DNA of 64,000 nucleotides from positions 946 through 64,945 of the IMG/VR virus record IMGVR_UViG_3300050821_000708; one strand, 5' to 3'. Numbering within the stretch: the stretch's first letter is position 1; every line of letters begins with the position of its first letter. Made by a program: the position numbers and the translations under genes. The notes under the pieces were generated by a model. The model saw only the letters and a program-made list of their open reading frames with translations, was not told where the DNA came from and did no database searches. The DNA comes from a virus. Its lineage: Duplodnaviria > Caudoviricetes. Positions 29,125 to 38,957 of this stretch are shown piece after piece.

Positions 29125-29480
29125 CAGCCAAGGACGAGACCGCGCTGGTCAAGAAGATGCGCGAGGCAGCGAACGCCAAGTACGGTGATGACATCGTGAT
29201 CGTCAAGTACCACGGCAGCCCGTACTCCGAGGCCGGTGTCAGTGATCTGCTGATCTGTCTCTACGGGATGTTCGGTGCCTGTGAGGTCAAGGCTCCGGAG
29301 TCCTATCCGGTCAAGGGCCAGCCCTCGGTGGAGAAAGCAGAACAGGCAGAGACAGCCCACCAGCGATTGTTCCTCGACAAGGTGTATGAGGCTGGCGGCT
29401 TCCAGACCGTGTGCGCCAGCGTGGAGCATTTCATGGAGTTTCTGGAAACCGTGGCTGAGTATTACGTCGAGCGTAGATAG
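29121..29480 (+). CDS. VRR-NUC domain nuclease
   Basis: KYHGSPY..AGVSDL..C..G.F...EVK.P...Q..F.......GG. Confidence 0.85.
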   Translation: MTAKDETALVKKMREAANAKYGDDIVIVKYHGSPYSEAGVSDLLICLYGMFGACEVKAPESYPVKGQPSVEKAEQAETAHQRLFLDKVYEAGGFQTVCASVEHFMEFLETVAEYYVERR

Positions 29481-29551
29481 ACGTGCGACGCATCGCATAG
29501 TGTGAGACAATATAAGTGGGTCTATCCCACAATCCAACGTTAGGAAGAATC

Positions 29552-30601
29552 ATGTACGAAGTACAGATGGCAGACACCCGACCGATGCAGGCGGGCGATC
29601 TGTTCAAGGACTCTGAGGGCATCATCTGGGTAGCCCTCAACGCGGTGGGTACGGACGGGAAGCCGGTCGATCCGACACAGGCCTCGCTGGTCTACCACTG
29701 CGTTGACTCAACGGCCACGGTTGATGGCAGCGAAAGCGCCGACCCGGTGAGCATCGCCATTCTCATCCCCCCATTCACGCTGATCGCTGCTCTGGGATCG
29801 GTGAAGATGTGATGACCACCATCCCGAAGATCGCCCTCGCCAAGATCGCAGGCGTCGAGAGCCACGTCACCCCGGCGCTGGACTACGGGTTCCATGTCAT
29901 CGACACCACCGAGTGGTACGCGGCGCAACAGGTCGAGATCCTCCACTGGATCGCGTGCATCGACCCCGAGAACGCCGACACGCTCGCTCACCTCTCGGGT
30001 TCAGGCAGCCGCTCTGAGATGCGATCCCGTCTCCGCGAGATCGCCAACCCGACCCCGCCACTGCCCGAGGAACCGCCCATCCGGTCGTTCTTGAAGGACA
30101 AGACCGGTGCGGAGTGGGTTATGGGTACGAATGGCCGAATGATTGGCCTGAGTGGACTTGGTGTGCCTATCGGGTGTGTCCTCCCGTGGGCTGAGTGGTA
30201 CAAGCAGTTCGGCCCCGGCGAGGTGATCGAGTCGTGAACACCAAGGCGAAGCGCGGTAAGTGCGTTCGCTGTGGGAAGTCAGTGGCCCTGAAGGTAGATG
30301 GCACCTTGCATTCGCACGGCGTCTGCGGATCAGGACAACGACCGCGATGACCACCGACACAGACCGCGAGGCGCTGGCCGCACTCTTGGACCCCCTCTAC
30401 AGCAGTGACTTTGTTCCCGAGGATGAGGCTGGCCGGATCCTCGCTTCCGACTGGTTTGCCGCCCACGACGCCGCGATCCGCAAAGAAGCCCGAGAGGCTG
30501 GTCGAAACGAGACCCTGCACTATGTGACCGTGGTGACTGGTCCTTACGCCCGATACAAAGTGGCTAACAAAATGACAGAAATGGGGCTAGAACATGACTG
30601 A
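29552..30601 (+). other. four small hypothetical ORFs
   Basis: 29552-29812, 29812-30237, 30234-30350, 30347-30601 with overlapping start/stop codons. Confidence 0.6.
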
Positions 30602-32072
30602 CATGCTGGATGGACCCACCAAGCAGGTTCCCGGGGGCATGAAGAAATCCGATCTCATTGACGAACTGGTCAACGAGTTCGACTACCCCCTCACTCACGC
30701 CAAGGCGCTGTCGTGGCCCCAACTGATCACGGCTGTGACCGAGGAGCGTGAACTGGCGATCCCTGCTCCCCCGGCCATCTTCCTCGGCATGCCTGACACG
30801 CTGGACTACGTGTTCGACGGCCACATGGGCGCGAGCCCGTCTGGCGCTGAGCGGTGGATGCGATGCACAAAATCTCTTGGACTATCTAGGGCGTTTCTGG
30901 AAACCCTGTCTCCGAACCAACTCGACGCGCTAGCGTCAGGCAGCCTAGTGTCCCGGCTCGGGACCACAGCGCACACCGCTGCCGCTGCTGGTGTGGATGT
31001 GGTGATGGGAAACCTGACCCAAGACGAGTACGACGCCACGCTGCTGGAACTGACCATGCTGGAGGCAGACGGTGAGGCCTACGACGAGGAGATGGCCGAG
31101 CACGTCCAGCACTACGTGGATCTGGTCGCGGCCTACCACCAAGAGGGGCGCACGGTCCTGATCGAGGAGCGAGTCACCGCTGTCATCCCTCTGGTTGGCT
31201 CCATGGAGGGTGAGTACCACGAGATCGCAGGCTCTGGTGACACGATTGTTCTTCCGTCCGAGGACGAAGCGGAGATCGTCGTTGTGGACTACAAGCACGG
31301 CGAAGGCATCGACGTGGAAGTCGAGGAGAACCCTCAGGTGCGCATCTACGGACTCGGTGCTCTCGGCTTGCTGGCTGACGAGGAAGGCAACCTCACCGTC
31401 AACGTGGAGCGCGTTCGCTACTACATCGTCCAGCCGCGCTCGGGTGGCGTGAAGGAGTGGGTCGAGTCGGTCGAGGAACTGCTCACGTGGCGTGACGAGG
31501 TTCTGGCTCCGGCGTTGACGGAGGCGCTGACGGGTGAGGACGCCGTGTTCGCGCCCTACCCGGATGTCTGCCAGTGGTGCGTGGCCAAGGGTGCCTGTCC
31601 GGCACTGATCGAGAAGCGAGTGGCTGATGCTGCCGACCTGTTCGATGCCATCGTGGATGACGAGACGGACAACACGGAGTTGATCTCCGACAAGCGTCTG
31701 GGTGAACTGCTCGATCAGGCCATGGGTGTGGACAAGATCCTCAAGGATCTCAAGGACGAGGCCCAGCGTCGCCTGTACCGGGGTCAGGACGTCCCGGGCT
31801 TCCATCTGGTCAACTACACCCCGCCACGCTCGTGGAACGCCGAGGCTGCCACAAGGCTGGCCAAGACCGAGAGCATGTGGAAGAAGCAGTTGGTCACTCC
31901 CACGCAGGCTCTGGCCCTGCTCAAGGGCCGTGACAAGGCTCTGGCAGCGGTGGAGAAGTTGATCGTCACCCCTGACAAGCGGCCCGTCATCGGAAAGGTG
32001 GACGACCGTCGCTCGGCTTGGGAAGGACGCGCCCCGGAGCAGATGTTCGACGCGCTGTCTGACGAGGACTGA
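30594..32072 (+). CDS. DUF2800 / Cas4-like PD-(D/E)xK exonuclease
   Basis: SPSGAERWMRC, GTTAH, GSGD, VVDYKHG, NPQVRIYGLG, CQWC....C. Confidence 0.85.
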   Translation: MTDMLDGPTKQVPGGMKKSDLIDELVNEFDYPLTHAKALSWPQLITAVTEERELAIPAPPAIFLGMPDTLDYVFDGHMGASPSGAERWMRCTKSLGLSRAFLETLSPNQLDALASGSLVSRLGTTAHTAAAAGVDVVMGNLTQDEYDATLLELTMLEADGEAYDEEMAEHVQHYVDLVAAYHQEGRTVLIEERVTAVIPLVGSMEGEYHEIAGSGDTIVLPSEDEAEIVVVDYKHGEGIDVEVEENPQVRIYGLGALGLLADEEGNLTVNVERVRYYIVQPRSGGVKEWVESVEELLTWRDEVLAPALTEALTGEDAVFAPYPDVCQWCVAKGACPALIEKRVADAADLFDAIVDDETDNTELISDKRLGELLDQAMGVDKILKDLKDEAQRRLYRGQDVPGFHLVNYTPPRSWNAEAATRLAKTESMWKKQLVTPTQALALLKGRDKALAAVEKLIVTPDKRPVIGKVDDRRSAWEGRAPEQMFDALSDED

Positions 32073-32235
32073 TCATGGCTGTGGATTACGAGGAACTGGC
32101 CAAGGGCATCGAGCAGTTGCGCGAGACCCTGAACGCCATGGTGATGGCTCTGGTGGCTGACGGCTTCACCGACCGTGAAGCACGTGCGATGGTCGCACAC
32201 ATCATGTGCCGGACTGATGAAGATGAGGTGACCTG

Positions 32236-32964
32236 ATGCCTCAGTACACCTGTCGAACGTGTGGTTTGGGCAACAATCAGGAGGCGACGCTACAGGCTCA
32301 CTGTCGAACGACTGGACACCCGGAATACATCGCTGACAAGTTCGATGTCAGACCGAACGTCAGTGGCGCTCCTTTGTTGTGTGGGGACTGTGGACAATCG
32401 TTCTTCTCACGGAGTTTGTTGGACAGCCACCGCAGATTGACTCACAACGGCCCTATTCGAGAGCGCGTCAGTTTCGTCTGTCGAACGTGTGCCGCGAAGT
32501 TCTCCCCCGAGGGAAAAGCAGCGTCGATGGCGCACCAAGATCGCACTGGTCACGACATGGAAGGTTTCTCACTGACAGGTGTATGGCCTTACCCGGGTGT
32601 CGATCCCACGTTCAACCCCGAGACAACCCGTCCACCTTTTGGGGCGCTGATCGAGACGGGGGTATCCTGTGCAACCTTCCAGAAGCAGGTTTCTGGAAAC
32701 TTGTTCGGCTGGACGATGCAGAATGGGCTAATGATCCTTGCGGGTAGCGTCGAGGCTATCGCTCTGAATCGTTTGTGGGCCAAGCAGGGGTACAACTACA
32801 TTCCTGTGGCCGAAAAAGAGCCTGTTGTCACCAGCCCGGTGATCTTCGGAGCGTCTCCACCAGTTGGAGGGGTCAATCCGGGAGATGTATACATCGACAA
32901 AGGCATCGTCCACGAGTGGGACGGCAGTAAGTGGAATGAGATAGGAGAGGTGAAACCCGTATGA
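32236..32964 (+). CDS. protein with three C2H2-type zinc fingers
   Basis: CRTC.x12.HCRTTGH, CGDCGQSFFSRSLLDSHRRLTH, CRTC...HQDRTGH. Confidence 0.7.
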   Translation: MPQYTCRTCGLGNNQEATLQAHCRTTGHPEYIADKFDVRPNVSGAPLLCGDCGQSFFSRSLLDSHRRLTHNGPIRERVSFVCRTCAAKFSPEGKAASMAHQDRTGHDMEGFSLTGVWPYPGVDPTFNPETTRPPFGALIETGVSCATFQKQVSGNLFGWTMQNGLMILAGSVEAIALNRLWAKQGYNYIPVAEKEPVVTSPVIFGASPPVGGVNPGDVYIDKGIVHEWDGSKWNEIGEVKPV

Positions 32965-34048
32965 AGGCTTACAGTTACCGAAGCGGGAAAGAGTACGAAT
33001 CGTGGGAAGACCTCGTGGCTGATCCCGAGTTGGCCAACGGCTGGGTCGTCCTCGTCCTGCTCCGCAAGCGCAAGGACGACTACACCTACGCCCGGTGCTA
33101 CGGCCCGTGGCCGACGAAGAAGCAGGCTCACAACAAGGCGCAGACGATCCGGAAGAAGTTCAAGAAGGACATTGAGGAGCACCCGGGTATTGAACTGCTC
33201 GGCTTCCGAATTGAACCAGCGTGGACGGGGGTCGAGTGATGCGAGCCCCGATGATGACCGGCCACTGTGCCTTCCACTCCACCGGCAGTCACGAGCGGTG
33301 TGAGCGTATGGGCGCTGGCCAGCGAGCCAACCCGAGCAAGGAGTTCACCCCGTGCCCGTGTCCTCAGCACTTCGATCAGACTCAGGTCTATGAGTGTAGT
33401 GAGTGTGGTGGGGATCTGGTCCTGACGGACTGGCCCAACGATGATCCCGAGGACGTGGATGAGGACGGTGAGCCGTACCCCGTGTATTCCCACATTGATC
33501 ACAGTGGCCGCGCTCTAGGTCAAGTGTGTTTCTAATGAGAAAGCCTGTGGTTGTCAACGCCGAAGACCTCCCTGATACCGGAGTGGAATGGGACTCCTTT
33601 GAGTGGTCGTGGGAGAACCAACCAAAAACCGTCAGTGCTCCCTGCGCTCAACTCTGTCCGAAGTGCGGTCGCTTCTCCTCAGTCATCGGAGAAGGAGGCG
33701 GGGGAGAGTTCAGACGACCGTGGTATGTCGTCACTGACTGCCGTTGGTGCGGCGTCTGGAAGCGAGTCAGTTACTGGAATGAACTCGTTGGAGATGTGCT
33801 GGTTTGGGTAGCGGAACTGTGACATGCGCCGTGATAGGTTCGGTCGCCGGATAGGCCGTAACTGGTGGCGCGAGTACAACGTCGAAGCCCTCCGATGCGC
33901 TGACCACGCATGGTGGCTGGAACGCGAAGCAGTAGCCGTAGGCTACGAGACAGAGCAGCGTGAGTTTCTGGAAACCCATCCACGGCCCACGTTCAAGCAA
34001 TTCCTACTGGCCAACAAAGGGCTAGGAAGGAGAGATCCCGATGTGTGA
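32961..34048 (+). other. four small hypothetical ORFs
   Basis: 32961-33239, 33239-33535, 33535-33822, 33824-34048; two are Cys-rich. Confidence 0.6.
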
Positions 34049-34282
34049 CATGTGTAATCAGGTCTGCGCGGCTTGTGGAAACGCACCCGCTGTCGGTGCT
34101 ATTCGCATGTCTCGTGGCACCGTGTACTTTTGCCTGCGTCACAGCATCGCCGCTCAACAGATGGATCAAGATCAGATGCGTCTGAGCACGTCAGAGCACT
34201 CATAATGTGGTACGATATGAGTGCAACACCTCAATAACAAATCCTGTCGGAGTTCCGACACCTCAAAGAAATGAGACATCTC

Positions 34283-35080
34283 ATGGCTGGCAACACCAAG
34301 CCCCGCGTCACGGTCGACGTGACCACGGGCATCGGCACCTTGTCGTTCCCGCACCTGTTCACGAGCACCGCCTCGAAGAACGACAAGGGCGAGACGACCT
34401 ACGACCTGCAACTGATCATCCCCAAGACTCAGAAGGAAGACCTTCGCGCCCTCATGGTCGCGATCAAGAAGGTCGGTGAGGCCCAGTGGGGTGACAAGTG
34501 GAAGCAGGTCCGTCACCCGCTCCGCGATGGTGACAAGGAAGCCGACGACCTCACTGAGGACGGAAGTACCAAGGGTGAGAAATACCCCGAGCGTCTGGGC
34601 TGCTTCTTCCTGAACGCTCGGAGCAACCGCCCGGTCGGCGTCTACGACCGCACGCGTACTCCGATCACCAACCCCGAGGATGTCTACGGTGGCTGCAAGG
34701 CGAAGGTCAACGTGACCTTCTACCCGTACAGCAGCAACGGCAACCACGGCATCGGCGTCGGTCTGAACGGTGTTCAGAAGGTCGCTGACGGTGAGTCGTT
34801 CGGTGGTGGCCGTCCGTCCGTGGAGGCGATGTTCGATGAGTTGGACGACGAGGACATCAACCTCGACGCCGACGACTTCGATCTGGAGGACGAGGAGCCG
34901 GAGGAGACCCCGAAGGCCCGACGCGCCCCCGCGAAGAAGGCTGCGGCAGCACCGGCCAAGAAGGCAGCGGCTCGCCCCGCCGCCAAGAAGGTCGCTGCGA
35001 AGAAGGTCGTGGAGGCCGAGGTTGAGGACGACGAGGACGATCTGTATGACGACCTCGATGATCTGGACGACCTCGACTGA
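34283..35080 (+). CDS. DUF2815 single-stranded DNA-binding protein
   Basis: LSFPHLF, PLRDGD, FLNARS, VYGGC, GIGVGLNGVQKV.DGE.FGGG; acidic tail; upstream promoter ATAATGTGGTACGAT at 34202. Confidence 0.9.
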   Translation: MAGNTKPRVTVDVTTGIGTLSFPHLFTSTASKNDKGETTYDLQLIIPKTQKEDLRALMVAIKKVGEAQWGDKWKQVRHPLRDGDKEADDLTEDGSTKGEKYPERLGCFFLNARSNRPVGVYDRTRTPITNPEDVYGGCKAKVNVTFYPYSSNGNHGIGVGLNGVQKVADGESFGGGRPSVEAMFDELDDEDINLDADDFDLEDEEPEETPKARRAPAKKAAAAPAKKAAARPAAKKVAAKKVVEAEVEDDEDDLYDDLDDLDDLD

Positions 35081-35085
35081 TTGAC

Positions 35086-35240
35086 GCTCTACCCGGTGTG
35101 CTGTGGGCGCTTCGACCCCGCCCCCACACCGGGTAGAGTCCGACATCTGAGCACCGGCTGACGAGGATCTTCCTAGGTGATCCGATCCACACCAAGCAAA
35201 GCGTCTGGGTGGTCCAAGGATCTAGAGTCGGTGTTCAGAT
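35086..35240 (+). ncRNA. two long hairpins (terminator and/or small structured RNA)
   Basis: CTCTACCCGGTGTG/CACACCGGGTAGAG; ATCTGAGCACCGGCT/AGTCGGTGTTCAGAT with two G-U pairs on the + strand. Confidence 0.5.
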
Positions 35241-35277
35241 AAAGTTTCCAGAAACTTCCAACAGATAGGTAAGACCA

Positions 35278-35670
35278 ATGATGCACGACATCTCGATCAA
35301 CGAAATCCACACCTTCACCCTCTCCGTCGTCGTGACGTTTGAGCCGCCCATTGAGGCAACCGTCAAGCACGGCTGGGGTGACCGGAGTCAAGTTCGTCGG
35401 CAGCGAATCACATCCGCCACATATCGCTTTGCATACAACGCGAAGCAGTCGATGGAGGAAAACTTCGCAAGTGCCCACGCCTTGTCTCATACCCTGCTGG
35501 CTCACAACGTCCGGAAGGATGGAAGCGCCGGAGCCTCAAAGGTCAAGTGGAGCGTCGGAGATCCTGACGAGGAAGGTCAGAAGCGACTGGCTGCCACCAA
35601 GGAGTCGGTACGTGAAGCGTTCGTTGAAGCGATCACCAAGATCCTCGACACGAAGGGTATCGAGCGATGA
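35278..35670 (+). CDS. hypothetical protein
   Basis: Preceded by a 12-bp site and the start-associated motif. Confidence 0.65.
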   Translation: MMHDISINEIHTFTLSVVVTFEPPIEATVKHGWGDRSQVRRQRITSATYRFAYNAKQSMEENFASAHALSHTLLAHNVRKDGSAGASKVKWSVGDPDEEGQKRLAATKESVREAFVEAITKILDTKGIER

Positions 35671-35903
35671 GCGATCTTCTTGAAGACACCAAGCAGGACG
35701 AACTGCTGGAGACCACCAACAACGGCGACCACGACAAGTTCGCTCACTACGTGCTGGACGAGAACCTCACCAATGCGCTGATCTCGGGAGAGCCCGTCAT
35801 CGCCCTGTGCGGCAAGGTATGGACGCCCGCGAAGTTCGGTGACGCCGCGCGCGACACGGTGTGCCCCGAGTGCAAGGAGATCTTCGATGCCCTCCCCGAG
35901 TGA
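35667..35903 (+). CDS. DUF3039 family protein
   Basis: GDHDKFAHYV...G.PVIALCGKVW.P....VCPECKEI motif of the actinobacterial DUF3039. Confidence 0.85.
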   Translation: MSDLLEDTKQDELLETTNNGDHDKFAHYVLDENLTNALISGEPVIALCGKVWTPAKFGDAARDTVCPECKEIFDALPE

Positions 35904-36347
35904 GATCGAGCGGGTCATGGAGCAAGCGGCGTACGACTTCACGACTGAGTACGTTACGCAACTGGCTCAGGAACTGTGCGACACGTGGTACTTGACCGTC
36001 GATCCGAAGCGACCCATGAGGGACGCGTGGAACAAGATCAGCCTCAGGACGCAACAGCACTGGAAGGCTCAGGCGCTGATGCTCATGGAGCGCGGGTGGA
36101 GGAAGAACATCTGATGACTGACGGACATAAGCATCGCGAAATCAAGGTCAAGAGAATCCGCGTCGTTCACGGCCTGCGTCGTCCGATCCCCTTCACGCAC
36201 ACATTCAACGTGGATCGAGTAGACCGGAGTAAGTACCCTTACTCGACCTGTCCTCGTTGGGTGCTCTTCTCTGAGGAGTGCTTCTACCTGACATGGCTGG
36301 GGTTTCTGCACCGCTGGACAGGGCTCGCGCTTCGATGGGATGACTGA
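35887..36347 (+). other. two small hypothetical ORFs
   Basis: 35887-36114 and 36114-36347. Confidence 0.5.
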
Positions 36348-38506
36348 TGGCGAACCGGGTGGTCACGAAACTAGTCGGCATCCGTATCGACGTGGAGAGT
36401 CGTAGCGCTGCTGACCTGAGCAAGCGCGGTGTCTACGTCTACGCCGAAGATCCCGACTTCGATCTGCTGGTCGTCCGGTACGCCCCCATTCGCGAGTACC
36501 CGGGCGGGGCTCGGAAACTGGGGCAGATCCAAGCCCTCAACATGCACCGCCCCAACCCTGACTTCGCCAAGATCCTCACCGATCCCACCTACGAGAAGCA
36601 CGCTTACAACGCGGCGTTTGAGCGGATCACCTTGTCGCGCTGGCTGAGCATGCCGCTCGGCACCTACATCGATCCGGAGAACTGGCACTGCTCGGCTGTC
36701 CGTGCCAACGTCAACGGTGTCTTCGGAACCCTCGATGAAGTGGCCAAGGCCCTGCGCTCACCGGCTAGCAAGGACGCCGAGGGCAAGCGACTGATCAAGA
36801 TGTTCTCGGTGTCTATGTCGGTACGTGATCAGAAGGCAGCAGACAAGACGTGTGGGTGTCAGCGATTCCACGATCCCATCAAGCACCCTGAGGACTTTCA
36901 GAAGTACGGCGATTACTGCTCCCAAGACGTGGTGACCGAGGCCATGGTCGCTGCTCTGCTGCCTGACATCCCCGAGGAGGTGCAGCGTGAGTACGAGGCC
37001 GACCAGCGAATCAACGACCGGGGCTTCCGGCACTTCAAGGGGCTCAGCGTGGCTGCCGTGCAGCAGGTCGAGAAGGAGCGCGACCGGCTAATGGGTGAGT
37101 TGAAGCAACTGACTGGTGTGGCCAACCCCAACTCCGGCCCGCAGATGAAGAACTGGCTGGAGGAGCAGGACTACCCAATGACCTCGCTCGACAAGGAGCA
37201 CCGGGAACTGGCGCTATCCGACCCGTTCATCCCCGACGATGTGGCCCAAGCCCTGACCCTCAAGGGCGAGGCCTCGCTGTCCTCGGTCTCCAAGCACACA
37301 GCGGCGCTGAACACTCGGTGCGCGGATGGCCGGATCAGGGGCTCACTCCAGTTCTACGGGGCACACACGGGCCGGGAGGCTGGCCGGGGCATCCAACCTC
37401 AGAACCTCCCCCGATACGAGGCCAGCGGGGCCGACAGGACGCGGCTGGTTCGTGGTCTGGCTGGCTCAGACGCTCCACTCATTGCCAAAGGCACCGTGCG
37501 GTCTAGTATCGTCCCGGCTCCGGGGCATGTGTTCGTGGTGATGGACTACAACGCCATCGAGGCTCGGTGTCTGGGCTGGCTGGCTGGCGAGCAGTGGGTC
37601 AACGACGAGTTCGACATCTCCAAGGGTGGGCAGGGTGCGATCTACGAGGCGACCGCTGCCACCATGTTCGGCGTCAACAAGGACTTGATGATCGCCGCGC
37701 TCAAGGACTGCAAGAAATGTGGCAGATGTCGAGACTGTGAGATCCGAGGACGCGGCAAGGTGTCGAACCTCGCGCTCGGCTATCAAGGAGGTGCAGGCGC
37801 GCTGGTGAAGATGGGCGCTGAGGAGACAGGCATCGACATCGGCAACTACAAGACGCTCCAGCGTGACTGGGTGGCCGCTGGCAGCCCGGGCAAGTTCCAT
37901 GAATGGAACCCGGACCTGCACCACTACCCTGAGTTGATCCGCCTCCGTGATCTGTACCGTGATGCTTCCCCTATGACGGTACGTTTCTGGAAACTCTGCG
38001 CCAAGTCATGGGACATCGCCGCCCTGACGGGCAACGGGGCTCGATTCGGGCCAAACCTGTCGGTGTCGATCATCCGAGACGGCAAGCACAATCGGATGGT
38101 CCTCCCGAGTGGTCGGTCCATCTGGTATCGGTTCGCTCAGGCTCAGGTGGTCAACGACAGGTACGGGCGAGAGCGGGTGGACCGACGCGTCTTCACCGGC
38201 AAGGCTGGTGGTGTCGGCCACACCCGTATCGACACTCACGGTGGGAAGTTGACCGAGAACGTCACGCAGGCTGTGGCTCGCGATGTGCTGTTCGACCTGA
38301 TCATGCGGGTGGAAGCGATGACGGCTCAGGGCTGGCCGGGAAAGATCGTCCTGCACGTCCACGACGAGATTGTGGTCGAGGTCGAGAAGCGGTACGCAGA
38401 TCAGGTCAAGGCGGACATCGAAGGCCTGATGTCGGTGGCTCCGGCGTGGGCTCCGGGGCTGGCTGTCAAGGGCGCTGGTGGAATTCTAGAAAGGTATGGC
38501 AAGTGA
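36347..38506 (+). CDS. DNA polymerase family A
   Basis: ExoI IDVESRS, AYNAAFER, GAHTGR..G...QPQNLPR, motif A DYNAIEAR, motif B RGRGKVSNLALGY, motif C HVHDE. Confidence 0.95.
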   Translation: MANRVVTKLVGIRIDVESRSAADLSKRGVYVYAEDPDFDLLVVRYAPIREYPGGARKLGQIQALNMHRPNPDFAKILTDPTYEKHAYNAAFERITLSRWLSMPLGTYIDPENWHCSAVRANVNGVFGTLDEVAKALRSPASKDAEGKRLIKMFSVSMSVRDQKAADKTCGCQRFHDPIKHPEDFQKYGDYCSQDVVTEAMVAALLPDIPEEVQREYEADQRINDRGFRHFKGLSVAAVQQVEKERDRLMGELKQLTGVANPNSGPQMKNWLEEQDYPMTSLDKEHRELALSDPFIPDDVAQALTLKGEASLSSVSKHTAALNTRCADGRIRGSLQFYGAHTGREAGRGIQPQNLPRYEASGADRTRLVRGLAGSDAPLIAKGTVRSSIVPAPGHVFVVMDYNAIEARCLGWLAGEQWVNDEFDISKGGQGAIYEATAATMFGVNKDLMIAALKDCKKCGRCRDCEIRGRGKVSNLALGYQGGAGALVKMGAEETGIDIGNYKTLQRDWVAAGSPGKFHEWNPDLHHYPELIRLRDLYRDASPMTVRFWKLCAKSWDIAALTGNGARFGPNLSVSIIRDGKHNRMVLPSGRSIWYRFAQAQVVNDRYGRERVDRRVFTGKAGGVGHTRIDTHGGKLTENVTQAVARDVLFDLIMRVEAMTAQGWPGKIVLHVHDEIVVEVEKRYADQVKADIEGLMSVAPAWAPGLAVKGAGGILERYGK

Positions 38507-38957
38507 TGGATGATCGTCAGTACATGGGCAAGTTGAACGCTGAGAATCAGGTTCTTCGCAAGCGAATCGAGACGCTTGAAACCGAACTCGCGCGTCAACT
38601 CAAGGGAGCCAACATTCGACTCGACAACGAGGTCAAGCGAGCGATTGGCTTGACGTGGGGTCAGGCTCAGCAAGCGTTCCATGACGCGAACGTGGATCAG
38701 TTGCACGGTGGACAGATCGCCTGTCTATGCACATGGCCAACGCGGAGGGAGACATTGTGAAGATTGATCGCATCGAGTTGTTGCGGCGAGGGCACACCCA
38801 GTGGGGCCACGGAGGACGGCACCACGGAAACGGCTCTCCTGAGTGTCCTCGTGAACTGCACCATCACTGCGATGACTTGTGCGAGTATCCGACGATCCAC
38901 GAGTGCGCCGAAGCCGGAGTAGAAGTACCAGAAGGGGGCTGGCGTTCTCGTGCCTAA
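38506..38957 (+). other. two small hypothetical ORFs
   Basis: 38506-38760 and 38757-38957 (His/Cys-rich). Confidence 0.55.

Larger units (their letters stand above)
18031..32197. promoter_or_regulatory. second palindrome TGCGAY-N(1-2)-RTCGCA, putative operator, about 13 copies
   Basis: Starts at 18031 (variant), 18550, 18905, 19821, 20664, 20823, 21927, 22895, 24041, 25990, 28164, 29484, 32185. Confidence 0.85.

Noticed and set aside
30594-32072. Cas4-like gene as evidence of a CRISPR-Cas system
   Set aside because: It is the stand-alone DUF2800 nuclease of the common DUF2800-DUF2815-PolA replication module; no other cas genes or array.
35158-35190. Hammerhead ribozyme (CTGACGA followed by a GGATC/GATCC stem)
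   Set aside because: The required GAAA after stem II is GATC here, so the canonical core is incomplete; kept only as a structured element.
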